Numbered from the stretch's first letter, positions 37,851 through 48,661 are shown. The stretch: 64,000 bases of DNA from an uncultured Gemmatimonadales bacterium (GCA_963828735.1 CAWHFW010000005.1:928001-992000), one strand, 5' to 3'. Notes: a model not told the origin generated them from the letters alone. A program made the numbers and translations.

Positions 37851-39225
37851 TCACCACACGACGCGCACTCGATAGGTCAGCGTCGCTTCGCCCTTCGCGG
37901 GGACTTTGACGCGGAAACGCGTGATGGTGGATGAAAGCTTCTCGGCCGGTACGCTGCTCTGCAGCACGCTCCACTCGCCACCCCGCTCCTCCCGCACGTC
38001 CACAGTGACCGCGCTGTCGCCGGCGTTCCGGACCGTCACCCGATAGTCCGCGGTGGCCTGGGTCCGCCAGCCTGCCTTGGTGCTGTCGCGACGCGTCACG
38101 TAGCTGGTCTGCACCCGGCGCGCGGTCAGATCGAAGGCGGCGCCGGCCGGCAGCCGGACGTCTTCGCCTGCCGGCGTGTGGTCCATCGCGGCTTCGCCCA
38201 CGAGCTGCGCGCGGCCGCTGCTGTCGGCCTGGAACAGCCGGACGATGCCGCCTGGGAGCGGTCGGTCGCCGAACTCGGTCTTCCGCGGCCGCTTGAGGGT
38301 GTAGAAGATCTCGACGGCAACCTCGGTCTCGTCACCCTCCTGCGGCAGCATTCCCCACCACGGCACCTGACCACGCACGACGTAGGAGCGCTCGTACTTC
38401 ACTTGCGCGGGCTCGAACAGCGCGATCGTGCTGGTGAGGCCGGGCAGCAGCGTCGTACGGCCCGGGAGCGAATAGAGGTGGAACTCGCCTACGCGCTGCT
38501 CGCTGGCGGTGGCCACCTTGTCGTAGGCCTCCGCAGCCATCGCGCGCGCCCGGAGCGGAACGGGCGGAGGCGCGGCGGGCTCCGCGCGCCCGACCGCGCC
38601 GGCCAGAAGCTGCAGCTCCGCGTCCTCGGCGCGGAGCGTCTGGCTCTCGACGACCGCGCTGCCCGTCACTCGCGCATCGGCGCCGCCGAGCACCACCTGG
38701 TAGCTCGCCTGCCACGCGGCGCCCGCCGTGAAGTAGCCGAGCCGGAGCTCCTTCTGGGCCCGTTCGCTCTCGAGGCGAAGCGTCGCCGCGGGGTCCGCCA
38801 CGACGACGTCGCCCGGGATACAGCGCCGCCCCCGGCATCGTGAAGCTCACGGTACCGTCGGGAAGCTGGAGCCGGAGCGGATCCACGCCGAGGACCAGCG
38901 CGCTGATGGTGTCCTTCGACTCCGGCAGGCGGAACACGACGCGCCGGCCCACCGACCGACGCAACACGCTGGCCTCGTCCACCGCGCCATCGTACGTGAG
39001 GGCCCCGATGGTGACGGCGGAGTCGAGTGAGAACAGCGAAGCCGGGTCGAGGGTCCCGAGCGCGATGCGCTGGGTGCTCGCACCCTTCGGCACCGCCACG
39101 CCGACCGTCCGGCGCACGAGCACCCGTCCATCGTTGTAGATCGTGAGAGAGGTCTGCGCCTCGAGTGCCCCTGGGAGCGCCGAGGCCAGCAGCACGAAGA
39201 GGCCGGCCGCGCGTGCGGTGGTCAT
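37851..39225 (-). pseudogene. DUF4139-family exported protein interrupted by a single-base frameshift near 38812
   Basis: 5' ORF (signal peptide, SLTIYNDG..LVRR) and 3' ORF (Y.T.G..WQASY, GEFHLY.L, PLP.G, DHTP) join if one G is removed from TATCCCGGGCGAC. Confidence 0.8.
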
Positions 39226-39497
39226 TTCGGGAGAAACTCCATGGCGGCGCGGCTCGCGACCCGCCGCACGATGATGTAAGTGGCGAGGACCGCGACGGCT
39301 CCGTAGAGCCTCGACATCGGATCGCCTGGAAGTCGGAACGCGACGTACGCAGCCATCAGCGCCGTCGCCGCGAGGGAGATGCGATTGGCCAGCCGTGTTG
39401 CACGCTGCTGCCGCTCGGCGCGGCAGTCGGGGCAGAGCTCCCCCCAGGGAAGACCCGCGACCCGGCGTTCACATTTGGCGCAGGGGACTTCAGGCAA
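39222..39497 (-). CDS. Small membrane protein with CxxC..CxxC zinc-finger-like N-terminus
   Basis: CAKC...LCPDC followed by two hydrophobic helices; overlaps both neighbours; start uncertain. Confidence 0.65.
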   Translation of the reverse strand: MPEVPCAKCERRVAGLPWGELCPDCRAERQQRATRLANRISLAATALMAAYVAFRLPGDPMSRLYGAVAVLATYIIVRRVASRAAMEFLPK

Positions 39498-40506
39498 CCC
39501 GCCGGGCAACCGCATGCCCGAATTCCTCCGTGGAGGCCGTGCCACCGAGGTCGCGGGTGCGGATGTTGTCGCGCACGATCGTGTCGGCCACGGCGTCGCG
39601 GATCCGCTGCGCGCGCTCGAGCTCGCCCAGGTGATCGAGCATCATGGCCGCGGCGAGCATCTGGGCGGAGGGGTTGGCGATTCCCTTCCCCGCGATGTCC
39701 GGGGCGCTCCCGTGCACCGCCTCGAAGATCGCCGCCTTGGTGCCGATGTTGGCCCCCGGCGCGAGGCCGAGCCCGCCGACGAGGCCCGAGACCTCGTCGC
39801 TCAGGATGTCGCCGAACATGTTCGTCGTGACCATGACATCGAACTGCTCGGGGCGCATCACCAGCTGCATGGCCGTGTTGTCTACGATCATGTCGTTCGA
39901 CTCCACGCGGCCCTCGTACTCCTTGGCGACCGCGCGGCCCACCTCGAGAAAAAGCCCGCTCACCATCTTGAGGATGTTGGCCTTGTGGACGATCGTGACC
40001 TTCTTCCGCCCGTGCTTGAGCGCGTACTCGAACGCGTAGCGCGCGATCCGCTCGCAGCCGGCACGGGTGACGATGGCCATCGATTCGCCGACGGCGCGCG
40101 GGTCGTCCCCGACCTGAACGAAATGCTCGACGCCGATGTAGAGACCCTCGAGGTTCTCGCGCACCAGCACGATGTCCACGTTCTCGAACCGGCCCCCCGG
40201 CACGATGGTGCGCGCGGGCCGTACGTTGGCGAAGAGCTCGAACTCCTTCCGGAGCCCGACGTTCACCGAGCGGAAGCCCGTGCCCACGGGTGTGGTGAGC
40301 GGTCCCTTGAGGGCGACGTGGTTTTTCCGAATGCTTTCGACCGTGGCATCCGGCAGGGGCGTGCCGGTGGCCTCGACCGCCGCCACGCCGGCGAGCTCCT
40401 CATCCCAGTTGAACTTCAGGCCCGCGGACTCGAGCACATGCACGGTCTGGGCGGTGATCTCGGGCCCGATGCCGTCCCCGGGAATCAGCGTCGCGTCGTA
40501 GGTCAT
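39490..40506 (-). CDS. icd: Isocitrate/isopropylmalate dehydrogenase family, probably NAD-dependent IDH
   Basis: IPGDGIGPEI, LKGPLTTPVG.GFRSVNV, VHKANI, NMFGDILSD, FEAVHGSAPDIAGK. Confidence 0.85.
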   Translation of the reverse strand: MTYDATLIPGDGIGPEITAQTVHVLESAGLKFNWDEELAGVAAVEATGTPLPDATVESIRKNHVALKGPLTTPVGTGFRSVNVGLRKEFELFANVRPARTIVPGGRFENVDIVLVRENLEGLYIGVEHFVQVGDDPRAVGESMAIVTRAGCERIARYAFEYALKHGRKKVTIVHKANILKMVSGLFLEVGRAVAKEYEGRVESNDMIVDNTAMQLVMRPEQFDVMVTTNMFGDILSDEVSGLVGGLGLAPGANIGTKAAIFEAVHGSAPDIAGKGIANPSAQMLAAAMMLDHLGELERAQRIRDAVADTIVRDNIRTRDLGGTASTEEFGHAVARRVA

Positions 40507-41126
40507 TGGTCCAGCGGAAGCACCGCGGCCAGCGCGCTCGCGAGCGCGGCGCTCGGGGTGGCGCCGGTGGCCACCGGCACGCTGCGCCAGAGAATGCGAC
40601 CGGACCGCGCGTCCGCCGCCACCAGCGACAGCTCGGCACGGACCTGGCCGCTGGGCTCGCGCCCGAAGCCGAGGGCGGCGGGTACGAAGACGATGCGGCC
40701 GTTCACCATCGCCGTGAGGTTCCGCAGTGAGGCCCGTAGCTGATCGGGCACTTCCTTGAGCTTCGGCGAGCGGAGCATCGCCTGGCCCATCCCGTCGGGA
40801 TCATCCACGAGCCCGGCCGCCCGGCGCGCGAGCTTCCGAAGCCGCGGCGGCAGCACCCACTTTACCTCGGGGGCGCGCTCGGTCAGGGCGCCCCCGATGA
40901 GCGAGTCCGCCCACGTGAGCGTGGCGCGGTGATCGCGATACTTGGCGAAGAGCGTATCGGACTCGAAGGCGGGGTCGATGGCCACGAGCGTGATCGGCAT
41001 GACCGTCACCTCCTGGCCGCCGAGCGATTGAGTCGGCACGGGTGGTGGCGGTGGCACCTGCTGACCGGCGAGCGGCAGGGCGAACAGGAGCGCGAGCACG
41101 GTTGTGACGAGGAGGGTGCGGGGCAC
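40503..41126 (-). CDS. Hypothetical exported protein
   Basis: Sec signal LAG-Q, C-terminal D.RSG.ILW motif, ATGA overlap with the IDH gene. Confidence 0.7.
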   Translation of the reverse strand: MPRTLLVTTVLALLFALPLAGQQVPPPPPVPTQSLGGQEVTVMPITLVAIDPAFESDTLFAKYRDHRATLTWADSLIGGALTERAPEVKWVLPPRLRKLARRAAGLVDDPDGMGQAMLRSPKLKEVPDQLRASLRNLTAMVNGRIVFVPAALGFGREPSGQVRAELSLVAADARSGRILWRSVPVATGATPSAALASALAAVLPLDQ

Positions 41127-41174
41127 GGCGGGAAAGTAATGGGGGGAGGGAGTGGGACAAAGACTGTCGGCACC

Positions 41175-42041
41175 CTACTCCAGCGACAACCCCCCGTCCA
41201 CCACGATCGTCTGCCCCGTGATGTGCCGTGCCGACTCCGAGCACAGGAACGAGATGACGTGCGCCACATCGTCCGGATCCGCCACCCGCCCGAGTACTGA
41301 GCTCTTCTGCGCGCGCTCGATCACTTCGGCCGGCAGCATCGCCATGCGCTCGGTCCGGATGAAACCCGGGGCCACGGCATTCACGTTGACGTTGGCGGGG
41401 CCGAGCTCGACGGCGGCGGCGCGCGTGAGGCCCAACAGCGCGGCCTTGCTCGCCGCATAGTTGGCCACCCCGAACCCCGGCCGTTCCGCCTGGTGCGCGC
41501 TGACGCTCACGATCTTCCCGAAGTGCTGCCCGCGAAAGATCGGCGCGACCGAGCGAATGCAGTTGAACGCTCCGGTCACGTTGGTCTCGAGGACCTCGTT
41601 CCAGGCGTCCTCGCTCAGGCGCCAGAGCGCGCCGTCGCTCGCGATCCCCGCATTATTCACCAGGAAGTGCACGCCGCCGAGCCGTTGCTTGGCCTCGAGG
41701 ATGAAGTGGTCCACCGAGTCCCGGTTGCGCACGTCGCACTTCATCGCGAGCACGCCGACGCCCATGGCGGTGAGCGCGGCCTCGGTCAGGAGGGCCTGCT
41801 CGCTCACGTCGCGGCCCGGCATGTTCACGAAGCAGAAGGCGACGTGGCAGCCGAGCTTCCCGAACTCGATCGCGATGTGGCGGCCGAGGCCGGTGGCCCC
41901 GCCCGTCACGACCGCGACCTTCCCCCGCCAGCCCTTGCGGATCGGCTGGGGTTGCGGCTCCTCGAGCGCGGCTCCGCTTCCCTCCGGGCTCTCGTACTCC
42001 CACGAGGGCCGGTGGCCGAAGCCGAAGGATGGCAATGGCAT
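41175..42041 (-). CDS. SDR oxidoreductase (FabG-like)
   Basis: TGGATGLG, NNAG, YAASK, NAVAPG, ITGQTIVVDGG. Confidence 0.92.
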   Translation of the reverse strand: MPLPSFGFGHRPSWEYESPEGSGAALEEPQPQPIRKGWRGKVAVVTGGATGLGRHIAIEFGKLGCHVAFCFVNMPGRDVSEQALLTEAALTAMGVGVLAMKCDVRNRDSVDHFILEAKQRLGGVHFLVNNAGIASDGALWRLSEDAWNEVLETNVTGAFNCIRSVAPIFRGQHFGKIVSVSAHQAERPGFGVANYAASKAALLGLTRAAAVELGPANVNVNAVAPGFIRTERMAMLPAEVIERAQKSSVLGRVADPDDVAHVISFLCSESARHITGQTIVVDGGLSLE

Positions 42042-42126
42042 GGGCTTCGAAAGTACGGCCCGCCCTTGGGGACGGCAAGGCGGTCGGCACCCTGGTCCGG
42101 ACCGAGGGCAGGCTATTAATTGACAT

Positions 42127-44163
42127 ATGCTTCGAAACCTCACGTGGCTCCTGGTGGCCCTGGCGGGCGCCACCGGGTGGGGGACCCTGGCACTGCATCG
42201 CGGCGAGACCGTCAGCGCCGCCTGGCTCGTCCTCGCCGCCGTCTCCACCTACCTCATCGCCTTCCGCTTCTATAGCCGTTTCCTCGCCGACCGGGTGTTC
42301 GGCCTCAACGACCGGCGCGCCACGCCGGCCGAGCGGCTGGCCAACGGACGGGACTACGTGCCAACTTCGCGGTGGGTCCTGTTCGGTCACCACTTCGCGG
42401 CCATCGCGGGCGCCGGGCCCCTGGTCGGACCGGTGCTCGCGGCGCAGTTCGGCTACCTGCCCGGAACGATCTGGATCGTGGTCGGGGTGGTGCTCGCCGG
42501 GGCAGTGCAGGACTTCGTCATTCTGTTCGGCTCGATGCGGCGGGACGGCAAGTCGCTTGGCCAGATGGCCAAGGAGGAGACCGGGCCGATCACCGGGGTC
42601 CTCGCCATGGTCGCGGTGCTCGCGATCATGGTCATTCTCCTCGCGGTGCTCGCGCTCGTGGTGGTGAACGCGCTCAAGGACAGTCCATGGGGTGTGTTCA
42701 CCATCCTGTGCACCATGCCGATCGCCATCCTGATGGGCTTCTGGATGAAGGTGTGGCGGCCGGGCCGGACGCTCGAGGCGTCGGCCGCGGGCGTAGTGCT
42801 GCTGCTGCTCGCGCTCGTGGGCGGCCGCTACGTAGCCGCGTCGGCGACGCTGGCGCCGCTGTTCACCTGGTCGGGGATCACCATCGCCTACACGGTGATC
42901 GGCTACGGCTTCGTGGCGAGCGTGCTCCCGGTGTGGATGCTGCTCTGCCCGCGGGACTACCTCTCGACGTTCATGAAGATCGGGACGATCCTCCTGCTGG
43001 CGCTGGGCATCCTGATCGCGCTGCCACCGCTCCGGATGCCGGCGGTGACGCCTTTCATCGATGGGACCGGGCCGGTGTTCGCCGGCAAGCTGTTCCCGTT
43101 CGCGTTCATCACCATCGCCTGCGGCGCCATCAGCGGGTTCCACGCGCTGGTGTCCTCCGGCACGACGCCGAAGATGCTGACCCGAGAGAGCGACGCTCGT
43201 CTCATCGGGTACGGTGGGATGCTCATGGAGTCGTTCGTCGCGGTCATGGCGCTCTGCGCGGCCACGCTGCTCGATCCCGGCGTCTACTTCGCCATCAACG
43301 CACCCCTGGCGACGCTGGGTGGAACGCCGGAGTCCGCCGCCGCCGTGATCCGCGGTTGGGGGTTCACGATCACCCCGGACCAGATCACCGGTCTCGCCAA
43401 GGAGGTCGGCGAACAGACGCTGCTGGGGCGCGCGGGCGGCGCGCCCTCGCTCGCGGTGGGCATGGCGCACATCCTGAGCGGGGCTTTCGGCCAGGGGCTG
43501 ATGGCCCTCTGGTACCACTTCGCCATCATGTTCGAGGCCTTGTTCATCCTGACCACGGTGGACACCGGAACCCGCGTGGGGCGGTTCATGCTGCAGGAGC
43601 TGGTGGGTCACGTCTGGGAGCCGCTCGGCCGGACGTCGTGGTATCCGAGCACCATCCTCGCGTCGGCGACGGTCGTGGCCGGCTGGGGCTATTTCCTCGT
43701 GCAGGGCGTGCACGATCCGCTCGGCGGGATCAACTCGCTGTGGCCCTTGTTCGGTATCAGCAACCAGCTCCTCGCCGCCGTGGCCCTGTGCGTCGGGACC
43801 ACGATCCTCGTCAAGGGAGGCAAGGCGCGTTATGCCTGGGTGACGCTGGCGCCGCTGGCCTGGGTGCTGACCGTGACGCTGACCGCCGGCTGGCAGAAAG
43901 TGTTTGCCGCGGACCCGCGCCTCGGCTTCCTGTCGCACGCGGCGCGCACGATTGACCAGGTGGCTGCCGGATCGCTCGATGCGACGCGTGGGGCACGCGT
44001 CATCTTCAATGACCGGCTCGACGCCGTCGTGGCGATCGCCTTCATGACGGTGACGGTCCTGGTGGTCGCCGCGTCGGCGCGAGAGTGGATCCTCGTCCTC
44101 ACCCGGCGCCGCCCCGCCACCGCCAAGGAATCGCCGTTCGTGGAGACCGCGTATGTGGGCTAG
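42127..44163 (+). CDS. cstA: Carbon starvation protein CstA family transporter
   Basis: GHHFAAIAGAGPLVGP, ITIACGAISGFH, LWPLFGISNQLL. Confidence 0.95.
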   Translation: MLRNLTWLLVALAGATGWGTLALHRGETVSAAWLVLAAVSTYLIAFRFYSRFLADRVFGLNDRRATPAERLANGRDYVPTSRWVLFGHHFAAIAGAGPLVGPVLAAQFGYLPGTIWIVVGVVLAGAVQDFVILFGSMRRDGKSLGQMAKEETGPITGVLAMVAVLAIMVILLAVLALVVVNALKDSPWGVFTILCTMPIAILMGFWMKVWRPGRTLEASAAGVVLLLLALVGGRYVAASATLAPLFTWSGITIAYTVIGYGFVASVLPVWMLLCPRDYLSTFMKIGTILLLALGILIALPPLRMPAVTPFIDGTGPVFAGKLFPFAFITIACGAISGFHALVSSGTTPKMLTRESDARLIGYGGMLMESFVAVMALCAATLLDPGVYFAINAPLATLGGTPESAAAVIRGWGFTITPDQITGLAKEVGEQTLLGRAGGAPSLAVGMAHILSGAFGQGLMALWYHFAIMFEALFILTTVDTGTRVGRFMLQELVGHVWEPLGRTSWYPSTILASATVVAGWGYFLVQGVHDPLGGINSLWPLFGISNQLLAAVALCVGTTILVKGGKARYAWVTLAPLAWVLTVTLTAGWQKVFAADPRLGFLSHAARTIDQVAAGSLDATRGARVIFNDRLDAVVAIAFMTVTVLVVAASAREWILVLTRRRPATAKESPFVETAYVG

Positions 44164-44335
44164 GGTGGAGGAGCTGCTGCGGGTCGTGCGGCGTATCTCG
44201 GGCATGCCGGATTACGCGGCATACGTCGAGCACGTGCAGCGGTGTCATCCCGAGCGGCCGGTCCCGAGTCCTCGGGAGTTCTACGACGACTATCTGCGCG
44301 CCCGCTACGAACGCGGACCGACCCGGTGCTGCTAG
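44153..44335 (+). CDS. YbdD/YjiX family small protein
   Basis: G.PDY..YVEH....HP, C-terminal RCC, directly after cstA. Confidence 0.9.
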   Translation: MWARVEELLRVVRRISGMPDYAAYVEHVQRCHPERPVPSPREFYDDYLRARYERGPTRCC

Positions 44336-44374
44336 GGTCGTTCTGAGGACTGAGACGTTACGGTGAGTGACACA

Positions 44375-44404
44375 AAGGGGGCATGCGCCAACGCATGCCC
44401 CCTT
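44375..44404. repeat. Palindromic hairpin, copy 2
   Basis: AAGGGGGCATGCG-CCAA-CGCATGCCCCCTT, perfect 13-bp stem between convergent genes. Confidence 0.72.
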
Positions 44405-44428
44405 CGTTCTTGCACCGGCCGCCCGCGC

Positions 44429-45352
44429 TCAGCGACTCGAGCTGGGCGCCGGTTCTCCCAGCTCGGCCACCCACGCCGTGAGCCACTTCCCGGTACGACT
44501 GATCACCGAGGAGCTGTCGCTGCCGAGAAAATCGAGATCGGCGTGCCGCAGGCTCGGGTCGTCATACACGCCTCGCGCCCGCGCCGCCGCGCGAGCGTCG
44601 AGCAACGCCTGCATGCTCTCCTTGGTGCCGATCCAGAGCAGTCCGTCGGAGGCTCGAATGGCGTACCGCTTGGGCAAGCCGAAGCTGTCGGGCGCGGCGT
44701 AAACCCTGGAAAGGAGCGGAATGAGGGCGGGATCCGTGGAGTAGGAGAGCAGCGTCAGGTAGCGGACCTTGAATTCCGCGCTGTCCGCCGAGAGGAAGCG
44801 CGCCGAGAGCGAGTCCTTCGCGCCCGCGCCGAGCCGGCCGAGCACCCACGCGTCGCCGTGGTCGTAGTTCTTCGACTGCAGCCGGCCTAGGATGTCGGCC
44901 AGGACGGCGGAATCGCCCTGCACCGCGCGGCGCCGCTCGAGGACGATCGCCTGCAGCGACGGCGTGACGTCCTCGGGGCGGAGGCCGGGGTTCCGGGGGA
45001 ACGGGTTGTCCTCCGCGCCTTCGATCTGCTCGCGGAACCGGCGTGCCGTGTCGGCATAGGCGGCGTTCCTGAGCTCGGCCAGGCGGGTGAGGGCGACGAG
45101 GCCGGCGTTCCAATCGCCGTCGCCGTTCATGGCCCTGCGCGCGATGCGCCAGAGCTGTCCCGGATTCCGGAGCCCCTGGATCCGCACCACCGTATCGGCG
45201 CGCGGCGTGCCGGCCCGGAGCGCCTCGTGCAGCTCCGAATACGTCGCCCGGCCGGGCACGCCCACCCGGATCTGCACCTGCGCCTCCGCCGCCGAGGTCA
45301 CTCCGAGCAGGAGTGCCGTGAGCGCGGTCGCTTTCCCCAAACCGATCGTCAT
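44429..45352 (-). CDS. Hypothetical exported helical protein
   Basis: Signal AEA-Q, GC-biased codon pattern, ATGA overlap with the MFS stop. Confidence 0.7.
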   Translation of the reverse strand: MTIGLGKATALTALLLGVTSAAEAQVQIRVGVPGRATYSELHEALRAGTPRADTVVRIQGLRNPGQLWRIARRAMNGDGDWNAGLVALTRLAELRNAAYADTARRFREQIEGAEDNPFPRNPGLRPEDVTPSLQAIVLERRRAVQGDSAVLADILGRLQSKNYDHGDAWVLGRLGAGAKDSLSARFLSADSAEFKVRYLTLLSYSTDPALIPLLSRVYAAPDSFGLPKRYAIRASDGLLWIGTKESMQALLDARAAARARGVYDDPSLRHADLDFLGSDSSSVISRTGKWLTAWVAELGEPAPSSSR

Positions 45353-46560
45353 GCCGGTTGTTTCTCCCGAATCCGTGTTGACGCGCCGAGCCACAGGACC
45401 ACCGCCGCCGCCATACCGGCCGCGCTCGCGACCAGGGCGGCGGGTCCGCTCACCGATTGATAGAGCCACCCGAACAACAGCCCGGCCGGCAAGGCGGCCG
45501 CGCCGGTCAGTGCATGATACAGGCCGAAGCCCCGGCCGGTCCGCACCGGGGAAAGGCGAGCCACCATGGACCGTTCGGCGGATTCCGTGAGGCCGGCGAC
45601 CAGGCCCAGCGCCAGGAAGGTGACCACGGCCGCGGACGGTCCGAGGGACAGACCGAGCGCGCCGACCACGCCGGCGAACACCAACCCGCCGGCCGCCACG
45701 GTGGCCCTCGGCCCGAGAAGGTCCGAGAGCCAGCCGCCCGGATACGAGCTCGCGCTCCGCACCACGTGAAGGCCGGCCCAGACGAGCGGCACCAGTGCCA
45801 CGGCCAGGCCGGCGTCCTGAAGCCGGAGCAGGAGCAGCGTTTCCGGCACGCGGCAAAAGGTCAGCGCGGTGAGCGCAAGCACCGGCGGCCAGAACACGCG
45901 GCTTCCCGCATCGATCGGGGCGGCGGCCGCCGGGCGTGCCGGCGCGACGGCGGGCACCCGGGTGCCGCGAAGCACGGCCGCGAGCAGCAGGAAGGCGACC
46001 ACGCCCGGGACCACGCTCCACTCGATGACCCGCCGCACCTCCACGCCCCGGGAAAGGAAGTACCAGGCGGCGAGGCTGCCGATGACCGCGCCGAGATGGT
46101 CGGCGCCGCGGTGGAAGCCGAACGCGCGTCCGCGAAGCTCGGGCGGCGTCACGCCGGCGATGAGCGCGTCGCGCGGCGGAGTGCGGATTCCCTTGCCCAC
46201 CCGGTCGATGACCCGGAATCCGACCACCTGCCATGCCGCGTTCGCGACGGCGATCAGCGGACGGACGAGCACTGCGGTCAGGTAGCCCACGAGGATGAGG
46301 GGACCCCGCCAGCGCGGGCGATCGGCGAGGCGTCCGCTCACCACCTTGAGGACCGCTGAGGTCAGGTCCGCCGCGCCGTCGAGAAGGCCGAGGAGCGCGG
46401 CGCCGCCGCCGAGCGTCCCGGTCACGAAGGCGGGCAGCAGGGGGTAGACCATCTCGCTGGCGAAATCGTTGAACAGCGAGACGAGCGAAAGGCCCTTCAC
46501 CGCGGGGGGGACGGCCGAAATCTCCCCCGGTGGTGGCAGGGTCCGGGGCGGCGCCGTCAC
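45349..46560 (-). CDS. MFS transporter
   Basis: SLFNDFASEMVYPLLP, DRVGKGIRTPPRDALIA, GRAFGFHRGAD; start uncertain (46560 or 46596). Confidence 0.9.
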   Translation of the reverse strand: MTAPPRTLPPPGEISAVPPAVKGLSLVSLFNDFASEMVYPLLPAFVTGTLGGGAALLGLLDGAADLTSAVLKVVSGRLADRPRWRGPLILVGYLTAVLVRPLIAVANAAWQVVGFRVIDRVGKGIRTPPRDALIAGVTPPELRGRAFGFHRGADHLGAVIGSLAAWYFLSRGVEVRRVIEWSVVPGVVAFLLLAAVLRGTRVPAVAPARPAAAAPIDAGSRVFWPPVLALTALTFCRVPETLLLLRLQDAGLAVALVPLVWAGLHVVRSASSYPGGWLSDLLGPRATVAAGGLVFAGVVGALGLSLGPSAAVVTFLALGLVAGLTESAERSMVARLSPVRTGRGFGLYHALTGAAALPAGLLFGWLYQSVSGPAALVASAAGMAAAVVLWLGASTRIREKQPA

Positions 46561-46611
46561 AGGGCGATGGGACAGGGCATCGCTGGAAGGTAGCATGTAT
46601 GTTACGGCCCC

Positions 46612-47643
46612 ATGTGCTCCGATTCCGTCCGGTTTCACGAGTCCAACCTGTGGTCGACGCCCATCCGGGACCTGGGGCTGACCATCGCCGGCACCCGCCT
46701 CGAGCCGATCCTCGGTGAGTTCGAGGGCGAGCTCCGGGCCGCCGGCCTCACCCGCGTCCGCCCCAGCTTCTACCTCTCGACGGAGTGGGGCGTGCCGTTC
46801 GAGACGGTGGCCATCGCCATCCCCTTCTACCTCGCGCAGCCGGACCTCACCGCTCTGCACGCCGAGCGCGTGGGGCACGTCGAGGGATTCGACCGGGCCG
46901 ACATCCTGCGCTACCTCCGCCACGAGATGGGCCACGTCATCAACTACGCCTACCGGCTGTACGACGAGGAGGAATGGGTCAAGCAGTTCGGATCGATCAC
47001 CCAGCCGTACGGCGAGGAATACCGGCCCGAGCCGTTCAGCCGGCGCTACGTGCGGCACCTGCCGGGGTGGTACGCGCAGAAGCACCCCGACGAGGACTGG
47101 TCGGAGACGTTCGCGGTCTGGATGACGCCGGGGCTCGACTGGCGGAAGGAATACGGCGGGTGGCCGGTGGCCGCGGCCAAGCTGGCCTACTGCGATCGCG
47201 CGATGACGGCGATCCGCGAGCGCGAGCCGGTCGTGACCGCCGCCGATCTGGACGAGGATGTCGGCGACATCGAGTACTCGCTGGGCCAGTACTATGGCGA
47301 CGATCCGGAGGCACGCGCCGACATGCCGCCCGGGCTCGATGGTGCCTTGCTCGCGATCTTCGAGGACCTGCGGTCGGAGACCGGCCTGTCACTGGACGAG
47401 CCGCTCGCCCCCGCCGACGCGCTCATCCGGCGGCTCGAGTCCGAGCTCATGGCCAACGTCTTCCGATGGACGGGGCACTTTCCCGAGCGCACGCGGGTGC
47501 TGCTGCGCTTCCTGGCCGAGCGCGCCGGGCACCTGCAGCAGGGCTACGCGCGAACGCGGGAGACCTCGGCGATCGTGGCGCTCACGACACTGGTGACGGG
47601 ATTGGCGATGAACTACGTGCAGCGGGGCTCCTACCTGCCGTAG
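46612..47643 (+). CDS. Putative zinc-binding metallopeptidase
   Basis: YLSTEW, IAIPFYLA, LRHEMGH, WYAQKHPDEDWSETFAVW. Confidence 0.82.
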   Translation: MCSDSVRFHESNLWSTPIRDLGLTIAGTRLEPILGEFEGELRAAGLTRVRPSFYLSTEWGVPFETVAIAIPFYLAQPDLTALHAERVGHVEGFDRADILRYLRHEMGHVINYAYRLYDEEEWVKQFGSITQPYGEEYRPEPFSRRYVRHLPGWYAQKHPDEDWSETFAVWMTPGLDWRKEYGGWPVAAAKLAYCDRAMTAIREREPVVTAADLDEDVGDIEYSLGQYYGDDPEARADMPPGLDGALLAIFEDLRSETGLSLDEPLAPADALIRRLESELMANVFRWTGHFPERTRVLLRFLAERAGHLQQGYARTRETSAIVALTTLVTGLAMNYVQRGSYLP

Positions 47644-47661
47644 GCCCGCGTCGACGACGGG

Positions 47662-48651
47662 CTACCTCCGTTTCTTCTCGAAGCGCTCCGCGGCCAGGTT
47701 CACGATCCGCTCGATCGTGCGCGGGTAGTCGAGCCCGCTGGCGCCGGCCGCCATGGCGAACTCACTGGTCTTCTCCAGATAGCAGCTGGCGTTGACTTCG
47801 AGGACGTAGATGTCGCCCGTCTCGGTCAGCCGCAGGTCCACACGCCCATAGTCCTTGACGCGCAGCGCGCGGTAGGCGTCGACCGCCACCTTCTGGAGCC
47901 GCGCGCGGAGCTCGTCGGGCAGGGTCGCGATCACCGACTTGGTGCCCTTGTACTCCTTGCTCTTCTCGTCCCACTTGGCCTTGCTGTCCATGACCTTGGG
48001 GACGCCCTCCGGGAAGCCGGTGAAGTCCACCTCGATCGGCGGCAACGCCTTGGGCTGCGCGTTGCCGAGCACGCCCACGTAGAACTCGCGCCCGTCGATG
48101 TACTCCTCCGCCAGCGCCGAGTCCTCCAGCTCCTTGTGGATCGCGGCCACCCGCTCCATCAGCGCCGCCGCGTCGTGCACCAGCGACTTGCCGCCGATGC
48201 CGAGCGACGCGTCCGACCGCAGTGGCTTCACGAACAGCGGCATGCGGAGGTTGCCGCCGGTCTCGAAGCTGGCCTGGCGGGAGAAGATGGCGTAGCGCGG
48301 ATAGAGGATGTCCTCGAAGGCGAGCAGCTTCTTGGTGAGGCCCTTGTCCTGGCTGAGGTACAGCTCGCCGGGGCCGCTGCCGGTGTACCGCAGGCCCAGC
48401 AGCTCCAGCAGTCCGGTGACGGGAATGTCGCCGAAGACGTTGTCGCCGAACATCTCCATCAGGTTGAACACGAGCTCGGGCTTTCGGCGCGAGAGCCCCG
48501 CGATGAGGCGCTTGACGTCGCCGTGGACGCCGAGCACCGAGACCCGGTGCCCGAGGCGCCGGAGCGTGCGCGCCACCTGGGGCACGACCGGGTCGTACTC
48601 CTTGGAGTTCTCGTCTTCGCTGTCGAGGTAGGTCAGCACGGTGATCTTCAC
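47662..48651 (-). CDS. Ddl-like ATP-grasp ligase
   Basis: VFNL.E, YTGS, DK..TK, FVKP..DASLGI, EEYIDGRE, YGRVDLR, LEVN; GGAGG SD before GTG 48651. Confidence 0.88.
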   Translation of the reverse strand: MKITVLTYLDSEDENSKEYDPVVPQVARTLRRLGHRVSVLGVHGDVKRLIAGLSRRKPELVFNLMEMFGDNVFGDIPVTGLLELLGLRYTGSGPGELYLSQDKGLTKKLLAFEDILYPRYAIFSRQASFETGGNLRMPLFVKPLRSDASLGIGGKSLVHDAAALMERVAAIHKELEDSALAEEYIDGREFYVGVLGNAQPKALPPIEVDFTGFPEGVPKVMDSKAKWDEKSKEYKGTKSVIATLPDELRARLQKVAVDAYRALRVKDYGRVDLRLTETGDIYVLEVNASCYLEKTSEFAMAAGASGLDYPRTIERIVNLAAERFEKKRR

Positions 48652-48661
48652 AGAGCCTCCC

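Noticed and set aside
44153..44335. Selenoprotein version of YbdD/YjiX
   Set aside because: Ends TGC TGC TAG; no in-frame UGA
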